Positions 33,136 to 42,814 of a stretch of 64,000 nt of DNA are shown one piece after another. The first letter of the stretch is position 1. Every line of letters starts with the position of its first letter. Both the position numbers and the translations under genes were made by a program. The stretch covers positions 70,431-134,430 of the forward strand of contig QQUF01000040.1 in assembly GCA_008501735.1 (NCBI GenBank), in the 5' to 3' direction. The stretch comes from Calditrichota bacterium. GTDB lineage: Bacteria > CLD3. The notes under the pieces were generated by a model. The model did not search any database. It saw nothing but the letters and a program-made list of their open reading frames with translations, and had not been told where the DNA came from.

Positions 33136-33597
33136 CTAAATAAATCTTGCAGTTAAAGCTATTCTAAAATTGCGTGAGATTTTTCTAAAGGTTTTAATTT
33201 GTTTAATCTGTGTTTGTTCTTTTTTTACATTACTTTTTTCTAACTGGTTTGTAATTGAGAAAAGGATTTCATTGGTTTGAATTGGTTTTAGTAAGTAATC
33301 GTCAGCACCCAAAAGCATTCCTTTTCTAAGGTTTTCATAGGAAACATCTGAACTGTAAAAGATGAATGGAATTGATTTTGTTCGAGTAGAATTCTTTAAC
33401 TTTTTTAAAACATCGTAACCGTTTAAAATTGGCATATTTACATCACAAATTATTAAGTCAGGTAAAAGTTTGTGAGCCATTTGAAGACCAATTTTACCAT
33501 TTTCAGCTACATTTACCTCAAAGCCATTGTCTTTGAGAAGTTTTTTGGTTTGCATTCTGATTAATGCGTCGTCGTCAATGATTAATATTTTTGCCAT
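33136..33597 (-). CDS. Receiver-domain response regulator with no clear output domain
   Basis: 'ILIIDDD', 'DLIICDVNMP', 'GADDYLLKP'; likely start at 33597 (MAKIL). Confidence 0.85.
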   Translation of the reverse strand: MAKILIIDDDALIRMQTKKLLKDNGFEVNVAENGKIGLQMAHKLLPDLIICDVNMPILNGYDVLKKLKNSTRTKSIPFIFYSSDVSYENLRKGMLLGADDYLLKPIQTNEILFSITNQLEKSNVKKEQTQIKQIKTFRKISRNFRIALTARFI

Positions 33598-33775
33598 TTC
33601 TTTATTTCCAATATTTTGATTAACAATAGTTGTTTTAACTTTTGACAAGGTATTGGGTTCATGGCTTTTGAAAAATGGCTACTCGTTAGAATGAATTTTT
33701 TACTCGTTGAAAAGAAAGAAAAACTCGTTACTTTTAGAATCAGTTTTAAGGTATAAATTTTATTAAGGCAAAAAA

Positions 33776-34465
33776 ATGAAGTGTGTCGTTGTTGACGATG
33801 AAAAAATGTCAAGGCAAGTCATTAAACATTGTATTGAGAAAACGGAATCACTCAGTTTAGTGAAAGAATTTGGTAACTCAGTTGAAGCATTTGAATTCCT
33901 AAACGGCAATGAGATTGATTTACTTTTTTTAGACGTTGAAATGCCAGATTTGAATGGAATTGAGCTTCTGCAAAATTTGGAAAATAAACCACTTGTTATC
34001 TTGATTACCTCAAAAGAAGAATTTGCACTTGACGCTTACCGAAATGATGTTGTCGATTACCTTGTAAAACCTGTAACTCTTCCACGTTTTTTAAAAGCAG
34101 TTGTGAAAACACAAAGGCTTTTTCATAACGTTGAAACTATTGAGGACTCTTCTAAAGATTTCATTTTTATCCGCGAAAATCAAAAATTAGTCAAAATTTA
34201 TGTAACTGATATTTATTGGATTGAGTCGCTTGGCGATTACGTTGTGATTCACACCGAAAGTAAAAAACACACGATTTATACAACTTTGACAAATATTTTA
34301 AGTAAGTTGCCGAAAGACCAATTTGTGAGAGTTCACCGCTCGTTTATTGTTAGAATTGATAAAATTTCTCTAATCGAAGGCAACTCAATAATTATTAAAA
34401 AAGAATTAATTCCAATTAGCAAATCCTACAAAAATATTTTGATTGAAAAGCTAAATTTGATTTAG
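33776..34465 (+). CDS. LytTR family response regulator
   Basis: 'VVDDE', 'FLDVEMP', 'DYLVKP', 'FVRVHRSFIV'. Confidence 0.95.
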   Translation: MKCVVVDDEKMSRQVIKHCIEKTESLSLVKEFGNSVEAFEFLNGNEIDLLFLDVEMPDLNGIELLQNLENKPLVILITSKEEFALDAYRNDVVDYLVKPVTLPRFLKAVVKTQRLFHNVETIEDSSKDFIFIRENQKLVKIYVTDIYWIESLGDYVVIHTESKKHTIYTTLTNILSKLPKDQFVRVHRSFIVRIDKISLIEGNSIIIKKELIPISKSYKNILIEKLNLI

Positions 34466-34481
34466 CGAATATGAGATTTTT

Positions 34482-34841
34482 ATGAATTCAATTATTGATT
34501 TAGATTACCTAGAAAGTTTAATCGAAGGCTACGAAGAAGACAGAGCAGAATTTCTTGAAATGATGATTGAAACTTTTCTTGAAGAAATGCCAAAGGAACT
34601 CAAGAATTTAGAACTTCATTACAAAAATGGTGATTGGGATTCTGTTCAAAAAAATGCACACAAAATCAAGTCAATGATTGCTTCAATGGGAATGAAAGAG
34701 ACCTTAGAAATTATCAATAAAATCGAACTTTGTGCTGAGACAGAAGAATTAGATTTGATTAAAGAAATGATTTTGGAAGTTAAAATAAGATGTGAAATCG
34801 CTTTTGAAGAATCGAACCAAATTCTCAAAGAGCTAAAATAA
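34482..34841 (+). CDS. Hpt (histidine phosphotransfer) protein
   Basis: 'IDLDYLE', 'AHKIKS...MG'. Confidence 0.9.
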   Translation: MNSIIDLDYLESLIEGYEEDRAEFLEMMIETFLEEMPKELKNLELHYKNGDWDSVQKNAHKIKSMIASMGMKETLEIINKIELCAETEELDLIKEMILEVKIRCEIAFEESNQILKELK

Positions 34842-34872
34842 AAAAAGCCTGTCAAATAAATTCGACAGGCTT
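34841..34872. terminator. Intrinsic terminator-like hairpin
   Basis: AAAAAAGCCTGTC...GACAGGCTT between convergent genes; second hairpin TAATTCAGTGT..ACACTGAATTA at 34890-34916. Confidence 0.7.
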
Positions 34873-34935
34873 GGGAGAAAAGAGGAGTTTAATTCAGTGT
34901 AAATAACACTGAATTAGGTTTTGCAAAAGAATTTG

Positions 34936-35457
34936 CTAAAAATTGTAACCAACATTGATTCCAAGATAAGTTAAGTTTGAACCATCAATGAGGTGGTATT
35001 CAGCATTGAAATCTAAATTTCCCATTTCCATTCCAACACCCGGAGCGAAGCCAATTTCGCCTGAGCTTGAACTCGCACTACCAACGTCAACAGAAACAAA
35101 GTAGTAACCAGCACTTAAACTACCGTAAAATCTCATACTTTCGCTACCACCAAAGTAGTAATTAGTTTTTGCAACGACAGGAATCATTGAGTAAGAGTAT
35201 TCTGTAGAACCTCCAAAAGCATCTACATCTTTGCCACCAAAAGTCAAGTAGCTAACTTTTGCTGCGTAAGTCATATTTTCGTTAAGTTCTCTTGTCCAAC
35301 TAACTCCACCACCAAATCCAAGTCCAGCAAAGTCACTAAAATCGCCCATTGGTAAACCAAGTGTTCCGTGAACTCCAAGTCCTTCTGCATTTGCTTCATT
35401 AATGCTTAAAGTTGCTACTAAAGGTAATGCTAATGCTAATAATGTTAATTTTTTCAT
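34936..35457 (-). CDS. Small outer-membrane beta-barrel protein
   Basis: Signal peptide, alternating beta-strands, terminal 'VGYNF'. Confidence 0.85.
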   Translation of the reverse strand: MKKLTLLALALPLVATLSINEANAEGLGVHGTLGLPMGDFSDFAGLGFGGGVSWTRELNENMTYAAKVSYLTFGGKDVDAFGGSTEYSYSMIPVVAKTNYYFGGSESMRFYGSLSAGYYFVSVDVGSASSSSGEIGFAPGVGMEMGNLDFNAEYHLIDGSNLTYLGINVGYNF

Positions 35458-35523
35458 TTTATTAATTCCTAATTTTAAAATTTGTAAAAAATACGGAGGA
35501 AAATTATTTGTTAAGTTTTTTGA

Positions 35524-36333
35524 CTAACAGTCGCTTGTTGCACCGTTAGAGTTCCATTCTACACAGTAAGAACCATTTTGGGTTTGTCCTGCACTTGTAA
35601 CTTTGTAAGTAGTTTCGGCTTTTCCTGATCTGTCAGCATTAACAGTAAGTGTTCCGCCATAAACAGTTTCAGATTCAAAGCTAATTCCTTGAACTACACC
35701 AGATGAAGAGATGTCATAACTGTAAACAACAGTAAGTTTTCCATCTTCAACAATTGTGTAGTTTGCTTCGTAAAAGCCGTCATAAGTGTAACCTGCTTGC
35801 TCAGTGTTAATTTCTGAGAAAAGCCCAAAATCATACTTCATATATCCACCACGTCTGTTTTTAAGAACAGTTGCTTCGTAAAAAGTTCCGTCAACAGAGT
35901 TACCAGTAATTTCAGATGTTCCTTTTGCATCGTAAGTAATTTTATACTTATTTCCGTCATCAATCATTGTGTAAGTGTAAGTAATTCCATTACTTGTGCT
36001 TGACCAAGTTGTGTCAGAAAGTTGTGCAACACCTTTAGAAATTATTGGTGCAGAAGGCATTCCTGCGATAATTCCTGAAAACTGTGCAGTCACCGACTTT
36101 GCTTGAGCAATTGCTGCTGAACCATTTGGATCAGAAACATTTGGAACCTCGCTTAAAGCTAATTTTGTGTTCACTTCTGAGCTTGAAAGTTCTGGACCCG
36201 AAACATCTTCTACAGTAGAAGAAACTTCAGTTGATGAAGACGAACCTTTGTCGTCGTCGTCACTTCCGCAAGAGTAAAGTGCGAGTGATGTTGACATCAA
36301 ACTGAACATTAAAAATTTGTTGAAAGTTTTCAT
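35524..36333 (-). CDS. Hypothetical lipoprotein
   Basis: Lipobox 'LYSC' followed by acidic 'GSDDDD' and a Ser-rich linker; beta-rich body. Confidence 0.8.
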   Translation of the reverse strand: MKTFNKFLMFSLMSTSLALYSCGSDDDDKGSSSSTEVSSTVEDVSGPELSSSEVNTKLALSEVPNVSDPNGSAAIAQAKSVTAQFSGIIAGMPSAPIISKGVAQLSDTTWSSTSNGITYTYTMIDDGNKYKITYDAKGTSEITGNSVDGTFYEATVLKNRRGGYMKYDFGLFSEINTEQAGYTYDGFYEANYTIVEDGKLTVVYSYDISSSGVVQGISFESETVYGGTLTVNADRSGKAETTYKVTSAGQTQNGSYCVEWNSNGATSDC

Positions 36334-36362
36334 TTTGCAAAACCTTTCGATTAGTTAATTAA

Positions 36363-36728
36363 TTATTTAAGAGAATAAAGTTTCTCTGTGAATTGTGGTT
36401 TTTCAGTGTTCACTTGAACAATGAATTTTTCATTTTCATTGACTGATTTGTTATCGCTATTTTTTGAATCCCATTTGATTGAGTAATTTCCCGAAGGCAA
36501 AAATCCTGAAAACAAACTTCTTACTAAATTTCCGTTTCGGCTAAGAATGAGAAGTTCAACTTGTTGTAAGCCTCTTTTGAGATTCGGAACAGAAAACTCA
36601 ATATTGACGTTTTTTGATTCACCTAATGTAAGCTCAAATTCATTGTGTGAATTTGCTTGAGCAAAACTGTTTTGAACTGTAAGTGTTACCAAAGTGATTA
36701 AGATTAGAATTAAAACTGAACGTCGCAT
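36363..36728 (-). CDS. Secreted stand-alone FlgD Ig-like domain protein
   Basis: Signal peptide; 'GNLVRSL...GNYSIKWD'. Confidence 0.7.
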   Translation of the reverse strand: MRRSVLILILITLVTLTVQNSFAQANSHNEFELTLGESKNVNIEFSVPNLKRGLQQVELLILSRNGNLVRSLFSGFLPSGNYSIKWDSKNSDNKSVNENEKFIVQVNTEKPQFTEKLYSLK

Positions 36729-36772
36729 TTTTTTTGCCTTAGAGTTTATTGTTACGTTTTCAGTTATTCTCC

Positions 36773-36790
36773 TATCAAGTCGTGTGCCAA
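36773..36790 (-). promoter_or_regulatory. Sigma54-like -24/-12 promoter
   Basis: Minus strand TTGGCACACGACTTGATA: -24 matches consensus, -12 is TTGA rather than TTGC; ~45 nt upstream of ATG 36728. Confidence 0.55.
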
Positions 36791-36869
36791 AAACAATTTA
36801 AAATATGTAAGTTACTATAAAACAAATATTTGGGTTGGACTCCGTTGCTGGGGAGAAATAAAAAGTATT

Positions 36870-36984
36870 TTGTCTCGCTATAGAGCAAAATAAGAATTTT
36901 TATTAGGTAGGTTGTTTTAAAATAGTGTTTCTGAGAATTGTATCGAACCAGAGCAAAATAAATTTTGTAACGCTGTGGAGCAAA
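36870..36984. promoter_or_regulatory. Three 20-bp repeats TTGT-NN-CG-N5-GAGCAAA, candidate activator-binding sites
   Basis: Copies at 36870-36889, 36938-36957 and 36965-36984. Confidence 0.55.
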
Positions 36985-37001
36985 GGAGTTTTGAAAGCAA
37001 A

Positions 37002-37034
37002 ACCCATCTGATGGCTCAAAGCCATCAGATGGGT
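37002..37034. repeat. Perfect 14-bp-arm palindrome (terminator or REP-like)
   Basis: ACCCATCTGATGGC-TCAAA-GCCATCAGATGGGT just downstream of the ADH stop. Confidence 0.7.
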
Positions 37035-37049
37035 GAAATTCGCAAAAAT

Positions 37050-38003
37050 CTAAAAATTCAAAATTACTTTGAGGGTATTTCTTTGAGCAGAATTTTCAAA
37101 TGCTTCTAAGGCTTTTGAAAATTCAAATTCGGAGTGAATCATTTTTTCGAGTGTTGGTTTGTGGTTTTGCAAAAATTTTACAGCGTCTTCAAATCTGCCA
37201 CAACGTGAACCAATCATTGTAATTTCATTTACAACAACCAAAGCAGGGTTGAAATTGATTCCGCCTGCGTAAGTACTTTTGAGAACAAAAGTTCCTCTTG
37301 GCTTTGTGCAGCTAAGTCCAAGTTCAAAAGCAGTTGAATTTCCTGAAGCCTCAACCACAACGTCAAAAGTCTTAGGAGTAAAGTTTTCCAAAAGCACTGT
37401 TGAAATTCCGACTTCCCCTAAAGTCTCCAACTTGTCTTGGTGCTTTCCCAAAACTTTAAGTTTGCAACCTGTTGAGTGTAAAACCCTTGCAATCAGCAAA
37501 GCCAATTTTCCATCGCCAATTAGTAAAACTTCGTGATTTGGAAGAATCTTTACTTGCTCTAAAATCTCACAAGCAGCTGCTAAAGGTTCAATGAAAACAG
37601 CTCTTTCGTCAGGAATTTCACTTGGAATTTCGATTACATTTTCTTTGGGCAAAGTTACGTATTCTGAAAAAGCTCCGTTTCTGTTAATGATTCCAAAAAC
37701 ACTTCGGTTTGGGCAGTGTCTTCCAAGCCCTTTTTCACAAAATTCACAAGTTCCACAAGCAAGATTAATTTCTCCGCTGACTCGTTTGCCAATGAGATTT
37801 TTGTCTTGAGCTTCTTTGACGTAACCGAAAAATTCGTGTCCCAAAATTCCATTGAAGTTTGGAATGTAACCTTTTATAATTTCGTGGTCAGTGTTACAAA
37901 TTCCTGCTTTGGCGACTTTAATCAAAACTTCGTTTTCAGTTGGAACAGGTTTTGGAATTTCAGTGAGTTTTAGTTCTTTACCGTCAAAAGTTAATGCTTT
38001 CAT
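37050..38003 (-). CDS. Zinc-dependent alcohol dehydrogenase (MDR family)
   Basis: 'GICNTD', 'LGHEF', 'CGTCEFC......HC', 'GDGKL'; ATG at 38003. Confidence 0.93.
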   Translation of the reverse strand: MKALTFDGKELKLTEIPKPVPTENEVLIKVAKAGICNTDHEIIKGYIPNFNGILGHEFFGYVKEAQDKNLIGKRVSGEINLACGTCEFCEKGLGRHCPNRSVFGIINRNGAFSEYVTLPKENVIEIPSEIPDERAVFIEPLAAACEILEQVKILPNHEVLLIGDGKLALLIARVLHSTGCKLKVLGKHQDKLETLGEVGISTVLLENFTPKTFDVVVEASGNSTAFELGLSCTKPRGTFVLKSTYAGGINFNPALVVVNEITMIGSRCGRFEDAVKFLQNHKPTLEKMIHSEFEFSKALEAFENSAQRNTLKVILNF

Positions 38004-38004
38004 T

Positions 38005-38823
38005 TTAAAATCCCCAAAGTTCTCTGTCAAACCAAGACTCTAGTTTTTCCTCTTCCGAATCGGGTAGAGCAGGGAAAAAGTCAATTCCTGTCAAGGTTTC
38101 GAGTGAGTCAATGTTTACAAAATAATTTCTAAGTTTTGCACGTTTCGGTGGTTTGCGATTTGGCATTACAAAGGCGATTGCTTTTCTTTCTGGCAAAGTG
38201 TAGTCGAGAATTGCTTTGTAGTAAAATGGTGGAACTGCGACATCGTTTTCGCCGATTCTTTTATTCCTTTTTCCAAAAATCGGACCTGTAACAACGTAAA
38301 GTTCATTTTCAATTTCAACCCAATCCCTGACTTGTTCTTCTAGTTTTTTCCAAATTCCTCTGTTCAAATCTTTGTGTTGTGGGCTCATATTACTCATAAA
38401 AAATGTTTCTGACATCGCTTCTTTGGAAAATTTCATATCAGCAGCAGGGAGCAAATGACCTCTGTCGTAACCTGATTTTTTGTAATCTTTTAGAGAAGCC
38501 GAACCTGTTTTGACTTTTTTGTCTTCGCGAAAATTATCTTTTCTTTTCACATCACCTTCAGTCATTTTTTTAGTCAATTTGTGAGCGACCCAATTTGCTT
38601 GTTCATATTCTTCGTTGTAAGAAAGTGTGTAGTAAGTATGTTTTATGATTTGGTCTTTTTCTGTAATTTTCGGAAGTTCCAAATCTGGAATTACAACTTC
38701 TTGAGGTTTCTTAACTTCTTCTGTTTGAGTAGTTTGTGGGTCAATTGTTTTTTGTTGTGTTTCTTTTTTGTCGCCACAAGCTACAAAAGTTAGCGATAAG
38801 AAAAGAATTAGTAAAAATTGCAT
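38005..38823 (-). CDS. DNA/RNA non-specific endonuclease lipoprotein (NucA/EndoG family)
   Basis: 'GYDRGHLLPAAD', 'TFFMSNMSPQ', 'NRGIWKKLE'; lipobox 'FVAC'. Confidence 0.95.
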   Translation of the reverse strand: MQFLLILFLSLTFVACGDKKETQQKTIDPQTTQTEEVKKPQEVVIPDLELPKITEKDQIIKHTYYTLSYNEEYEQANWVAHKLTKKMTEGDVKRKDNFREDKKVKTGSASLKDYKKSGYDRGHLLPAADMKFSKEAMSETFFMSNMSPQHKDLNRGIWKKLEEQVRDWVEIENELYVVTGPIFGKRNKRIGENDVAVPPFYYKAILDYTLPERKAIAFVMPNRKPPKRAKLRNYFVNIDSLETLTGIDFFPALPDSEEEKLESWFDRELWGF

Positions 38824-38907
38824 TGATTGTAAACCTTACTTTAATAAATTTGCCTTGAAGTTAATTTTTTAGTAATTAAAAACAAATTCTCATTACTAAA
38901 ATTTTTC

Positions 38908-39206
38908 TGTCCACGCAATGCACGCAAAAGAATTGAAAATAGGTGTTAGGTAAAATGAAAAGTTGATTACGAAACTTTGAGTTGTTTTAACCACCCCGAT
39001 TTTTTCATTTTCAAAAACCTTTGGTTTTAAAACGAAAAAATTCCCCTCCTTGAAAATGAGGGGAGAAAAGCATTTGTGCTTTGCACTGCCCAAAATCCTC
39101 GCCTTTTCAAGGAGAGGGCAAAATAAAATTCAAGCAAAGCGTTAGAAATTTTATTCAGGTGTGGTTAAACAAATGTCAAAATTCTTTTTCGTGTGTTTCG
39201 TGGGCA
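38908..39206. mobile_element. Nested palindromic, MITE-like non-coding element
   Basis: Outer arms 38908-38934 / 39180-39206 (22/27 match); inner arms TTTAACCAC 38986-38994 / GTGGTTAAA 39161-39169; head-to-head CCTCCTTGAAAA / TTTTCAAGGAG units at ~39041-39120. Confidence 0.55.
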
Positions 39207-39244
39207 ATTTTCTTTTTTTGAAATTTATACAGTAGGCAAAAATT

Positions 39245-39745
39245 ATGGAAAAAATTTGGGCTCCTTGGCGAATCGAATACATTGAAACTTTAAGCGAAGA
39301 AAAAAGTGAAGGTTGTATTTTTTGCGACAAGCCAAAGGAAAATAAGGATTTTGAAAATAAAATCTTAATTCAAGGCAAACTTTGTTTTGTGATAATGAAT
39401 ATTTTCCCTTACACAAACGGTCATTTGATGGTGATTCCTTACAGACACATTTCCAAACTTTCGGAAATGACACCTGAAGAGCATTTGGAATCAATGAAAC
39501 TGACTTCAATTTCGTGTGAAGTTTTGGCGGAAAGTTTTAAGGCTCAAGGTTTTAATGTTGGACTTAATCTTGGTTCTGCTGCTGGAGCGGGAATTGACGC
39601 TCACATTCATTTTCACGTTGTTCCTCGTTGGAATGGCGACACAAATTTTATGCCTGTTGTTGGAAATATAAAAGTAATTTCGGAAGGTCTCGAAAGAAGT
39701 TACCACAAACTAAAATCAAAATTTGACGAACTTTGCAAGGAGTAA
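39245..39745 (+). CDS. HIT family hydrolase (Ap4A hydrolase/phosphorylase-like)
   Basis: 'WAPWR', 'CIFC', 'PYTNGHLM', 'HIHFHVVPRW'. Confidence 0.95.
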   Translation: MEKIWAPWRIEYIETLSEEKSEGCIFCDKPKENKDFENKILIQGKLCFVIMNIFPYTNGHLMVIPYRHISKLSEMTPEEHLESMKLTSISCEVLAESFKAQGFNVGLNLGSAAGAGIDAHIHFHVVPRWNGDTNFMPVVGNIKVISEGLERSYHKLKSKFDELCKE

Positions 39746-39748
39746 AAG

Positions 39749-40606
39749 ATGTTTAGAAGTATAAAAAATGAAACTTGGGTTTTCGATTGTGAATGGGTTC
39801 CTGACCCACTTGTTGGAAGAGTTCTTTACAAATTAGATGAAAGTCTTTCCGATGCAGAAGTAATTAAAGTAATGCGGGAAAAAGGCGGAGCAACAAAAGA
39901 AAATCCAAAACCTTTTTTGAAATTGGTTTTGTGTAGGATTGTTTCAATTTCGGCAGTTATCCGCAAAGTCAAAAGCAATGGTGAAACAACTCTTCATCTT
40001 TTGTCACTTCCGAAAGACGTTGACGACCCGAACCAAGTAAGCGAAAAAAATATCATCGAAACATTTTTGAATGCAATCGGAGACAAGAAGCCTCAACTTG
40101 TTGGTTACAATTCAATCGGCTCAGATTTGAAAATCCTTTTGCAAAGAGCTTTGGTTCACGGTTTACAGATTCCGAGCTTTTTTGAAAGACCTGACAAACC
40201 TTGGATTGATGAACCTGGTTACATTGAAAATGCCTCTACGGATTGGAATGTTGATTTAATGAAAATCATTGGTGGTGGAAAAAGCTCTTTTCCTTCTTTA
40301 GATGAGCTTGCAGTTGCTTGTGGAATTCCAGGAAAATTTCACACTGATGGAATGGAAGTTGCAGAAATTTGGCTTGACGGAAGATTACAGGAAATTGTGA
40401 ATTACAGCGAACACGATGTTTTGACAACGTATTTAATTTGGTTAAGACTTGCTCACTTGGCTGGACTTTTTGATTCCGAAAAATACAAATCCGAACAAAA
40501 ATCGGTTGCAGAGTTAATCAAAGACTTAGGAGAAAAACCTGAAAACAGTCACTTGAAAAAATACTTAAAAGTGTGGCTCCAATTAAGAAAATCAATGCAA
40601 AGTTAG
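39749..40606 (+). CDS. PolB-like DEDDy 3'-5' exonuclease
   Basis: ExoI 'FDCEW', ExoII 'GYN...SD', ExoIII 'YSEHDV'; 'SLDELA...GIPGK'. Confidence 0.88.
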   Translation: MFRSIKNETWVFDCEWVPDPLVGRVLYKLDESLSDAEVIKVMREKGGATKENPKPFLKLVLCRIVSISAVIRKVKSNGETTLHLLSLPKDVDDPNQVSEKNIIETFLNAIGDKKPQLVGYNSIGSDLKILLQRALVHGLQIPSFFERPDKPWIDEPGYIENASTDWNVDLMKIIGGGKSSFPSLDELAVACGIPGKFHTDGMEVAEIWLDGRLQEIVNYSEHDVLTTYLIWLRLAHLAGLFDSEKYKSEQKSVAELIKDLGEKPENSHLKKYLKVWLQLRKSMQS

Positions 40607-40609
40607 AAA

Positions 40610-40637
40610 GTAGGGAACAAAAATCTTTGTTCCCTAC
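40610..40637. repeat. 28-bp REP-like palindrome
   Basis: GTAGGGAACAAAAATCTTTGTTCCCTAC between convergent genes. Confidence 0.8.
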
Positions 40638-40642
40638 AAGTC

Positions 40643-42796
40643 TTATTTTAACAATAACATCTTTTTAGTTCTACTTTCGTTGCCAACTTTCAAATTGTAG
40701 AGATAAACTCCTGAACTGACGCTTTTGCCAAAGTTGTCTGTTCCGTCCCAAGTGACAGAGTTCTTACCAGAATTGCTTGGCAAAGTCCATTCCCGAACCA
40801 GTTGCCCGAGAACATTAAAAATTGATAATTTCGCCAATTCGTAATTCGTATTTTTCAATTCGTAATTAATTGTCGTTGTAGGGTTGAACGGATTTGGATA
40901 ATTTTCGAGAAGTTGGATTGTGCTTGGCAGTTGCGGGATTTCAGAGTTTGTTTCTTCGGAAATTGAGACGACTTCACCACCAGTTGTAGTTTTAAGGATT
41001 GTTCCTCCAGCACCAACAATAAATCCAGTGTTTGAATCAATAAATTTTATAGATTGAAGCGAGTTATTTGTACCTGAATTCGATTGAATCCAAGTGTCTC
41101 CTTCATCTGTAGTTTGCAACAAAATACCATCTTGCCCAACAATGAAACCTGTATAAGAATTTGCGAAATGAATTGAGTTTAAAGTTTTGGTTGTTCCTGA
41201 ATTTTTAAGAAACCAATTATCTCCACCATTAGAAGTTTTTAAAATAATTCCATTTGCTCCAACTATAAAACCAGTATTAGAATCTGAAAAATAAACTGAT
41301 TTTAATAAATGTGGAGTCGGCGAAACTTTAGGAATCCAAGTATTGCCTTGATCAATTGTTTTTAAAAGTGTGCCGTATTCACCAACAGTAAATCCGGTAT
41401 TAGAATCAGTAAAACAAACCGAGAAGAGAGACCAAGTAGTTCCAGAACTAAGAGAGTTCCAAGTATTGCCTTGGTCATTTGTTCTCAAAATTTTTCCATT
41501 GGTTCCAACTGCAAATCCGACTGTTTCATTTGAAAACACAATAGAATTAAGGTCTTCTATGGTTGGCGAACTAACATAATTCCAAGAATTGCCTTGGTTA
41601 TTTGTTTTTAAAATATTCCCATTACTTCCAACAATAAAACCGGTTGTAGAATTCAAGAATTGAATAGAGAAAAATTGAGCAATAAAGTTACCATAATTTA
41701 TTAATTGGTTAGTTAATCCACCATTTGTAGTCTTGTAAAGAGTACCATTTTGTCCAACCGCAAATCCCTTTAACTCATCAAAGAAAAAAGAGGAATAAAG
41801 TATATTTGTCGTTCCATAATTCAACGAACCCCAAGAGTATCCTCCATTAGTTGTCTTAAGAATTATGCCTTTTCTACCAATGATTAATCCATTATTTATG
41901 TCATAAAATTTCATTTTAATTAGCTGGTCACTGACCCCAATATCATCAATTTTAAACCAATTTAATCCTCCGTCATTGCTTCGATAAATTTTTCCGGAAT
42001 TGCTCAATGAAAATCCAGTGTAAGAATTAGGAAAATCTATGGATAATAATTCATCGGAAGATATTTGATTAAAAGAAAACCAATTATTCCCTCCATCAAG
42101 AGATTTTAACATTTTACTTTCAGGAAAATAACCGTTGAATCCTCCACCAACAGCATAGCCAATATTTGAATCAGTAAAAAAAATAGAATTTAAAGAAACT
42201 CCGCCAAAAGATGCTTTGTTATCCCAATTTATTCCACCATCAGAAGTTTTAAAGATATTTCCATTGTTACCGATAATAAATCCGGTAGTATCATCTACAA
42301 AATAAACAGATTTTAGGTTGACTGAATTTCCAACTGTTGAAGTACTCCAATTTGTTCCTCCATCTAAGGTTTTAAGAATTGTACCATTTGCTCCGACAAT
42401 AAATCCTGTATTTGTATTAATGATATTAATGGAGTTAAAATCTTCAATAATTCCAGAGTTTAAAATATTCCACGTAATTCCACCATCATCGGTTTTTAAA
42501 ATAATTCCTTGATTACCAACAATAAACCCAATATTTGGATCTATAAAACTAATAGAGTTAAGATCTTCAGCAGTTTCTGAAGAAATGGGATTCCAAGTGT
42601 TGCCCATATTATTAGAGAGAAGAATAGAACCTTTTTTCCCAACCGCTACTATGTTATTTGTATTTAAAATCTGAGCAATATCGTTCAATGTATTCCCTTG
42701 AGGTCTTGGATTTACCCATTCCCAAGCGGCTTGTTGTGCATTTACTTTGAAAATAAAAACAAAGATTAAAAGAAGTGCTAAGGTTAAGACTTTCAT
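40643..42796 (-). CDS. YCF48/BNR-repeat beta-propeller protein with FlgD/T9SS-type C-terminal domain
   Basis: About 14 repeats of 'L.SI.F.D..TGFIVG.NG.ILKT.DGG..W'; signal peptide; ENYPNPFNP CTD. Confidence 0.9.
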   Translation of the reverse strand: MKVLTLALLLIFVFIFKVNAQQAAWEWVNPRPQGNTLNDIAQILNTNNIVAVGKKGSILLSNNMGNTWNPISSETAEDLNSISFIDPNIGFIVGNQGIILKTDDGGITWNILNSGIIEDFNSINIINTNTGFIVGANGTILKTLDGGTNWSTSTVGNSVNLKSVYFVDDTTGFIIGNNGNIFKTSDGGINWDNKASFGGVSLNSIFFTDSNIGYAVGGGFNGYFPESKMLKSLDGGNNWFSFNQISSDELLSIDFPNSYTGFSLSNSGKIYRSNDGGLNWFKIDDIGVSDQLIKMKFYDINNGLIIGRKGIILKTTNGGYSWGSLNYGTTNILYSSFFFDELKGFAVGQNGTLYKTTNGGLTNQLINYGNFIAQFFSIQFLNSTTGFIVGSNGNILKTNNQGNSWNYVSSPTIEDLNSIVFSNETVGFAVGTNGKILRTNDQGNTWNSLSSGTTWSLFSVCFTDSNTGFTVGEYGTLLKTIDQGNTWIPKVSPTPHLLKSVYFSDSNTGFIVGANGIILKTSNGGDNWFLKNSGTTKTLNSIHFANSYTGFIVGQDGILLQTTDEGDTWIQSNSGTNNSLQSIKFIDSNTGFIVGAGGTILKTTTGGEVVSISEETNSEIPQLPSTIQLLENYPNPFNPTTTINYELKNTNYELAKLSIFNVLGQLVREWTLPSNSGKNSVTWDGTDNFGKSVSSGVYLYNLKVGNESRTKKMLLLK

Positions 42797-42814
42797 TTTC
42801 GAGACTCCAATTTT

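Noticed and set aside
36870..36984. Three 20-bp repeats as a mini-CRISPR array
   Set aside because: Repeats are degenerate in the middle, spacing is irregular (48 and 7 nt) and there are no cas genes
38005..40606. Nuclease + HIT + exonuclease as a defence system
   Set aside because: The nuclease is an exported lipoprotein transcribed divergently, all three are common housekeeping families and composition looks host-like
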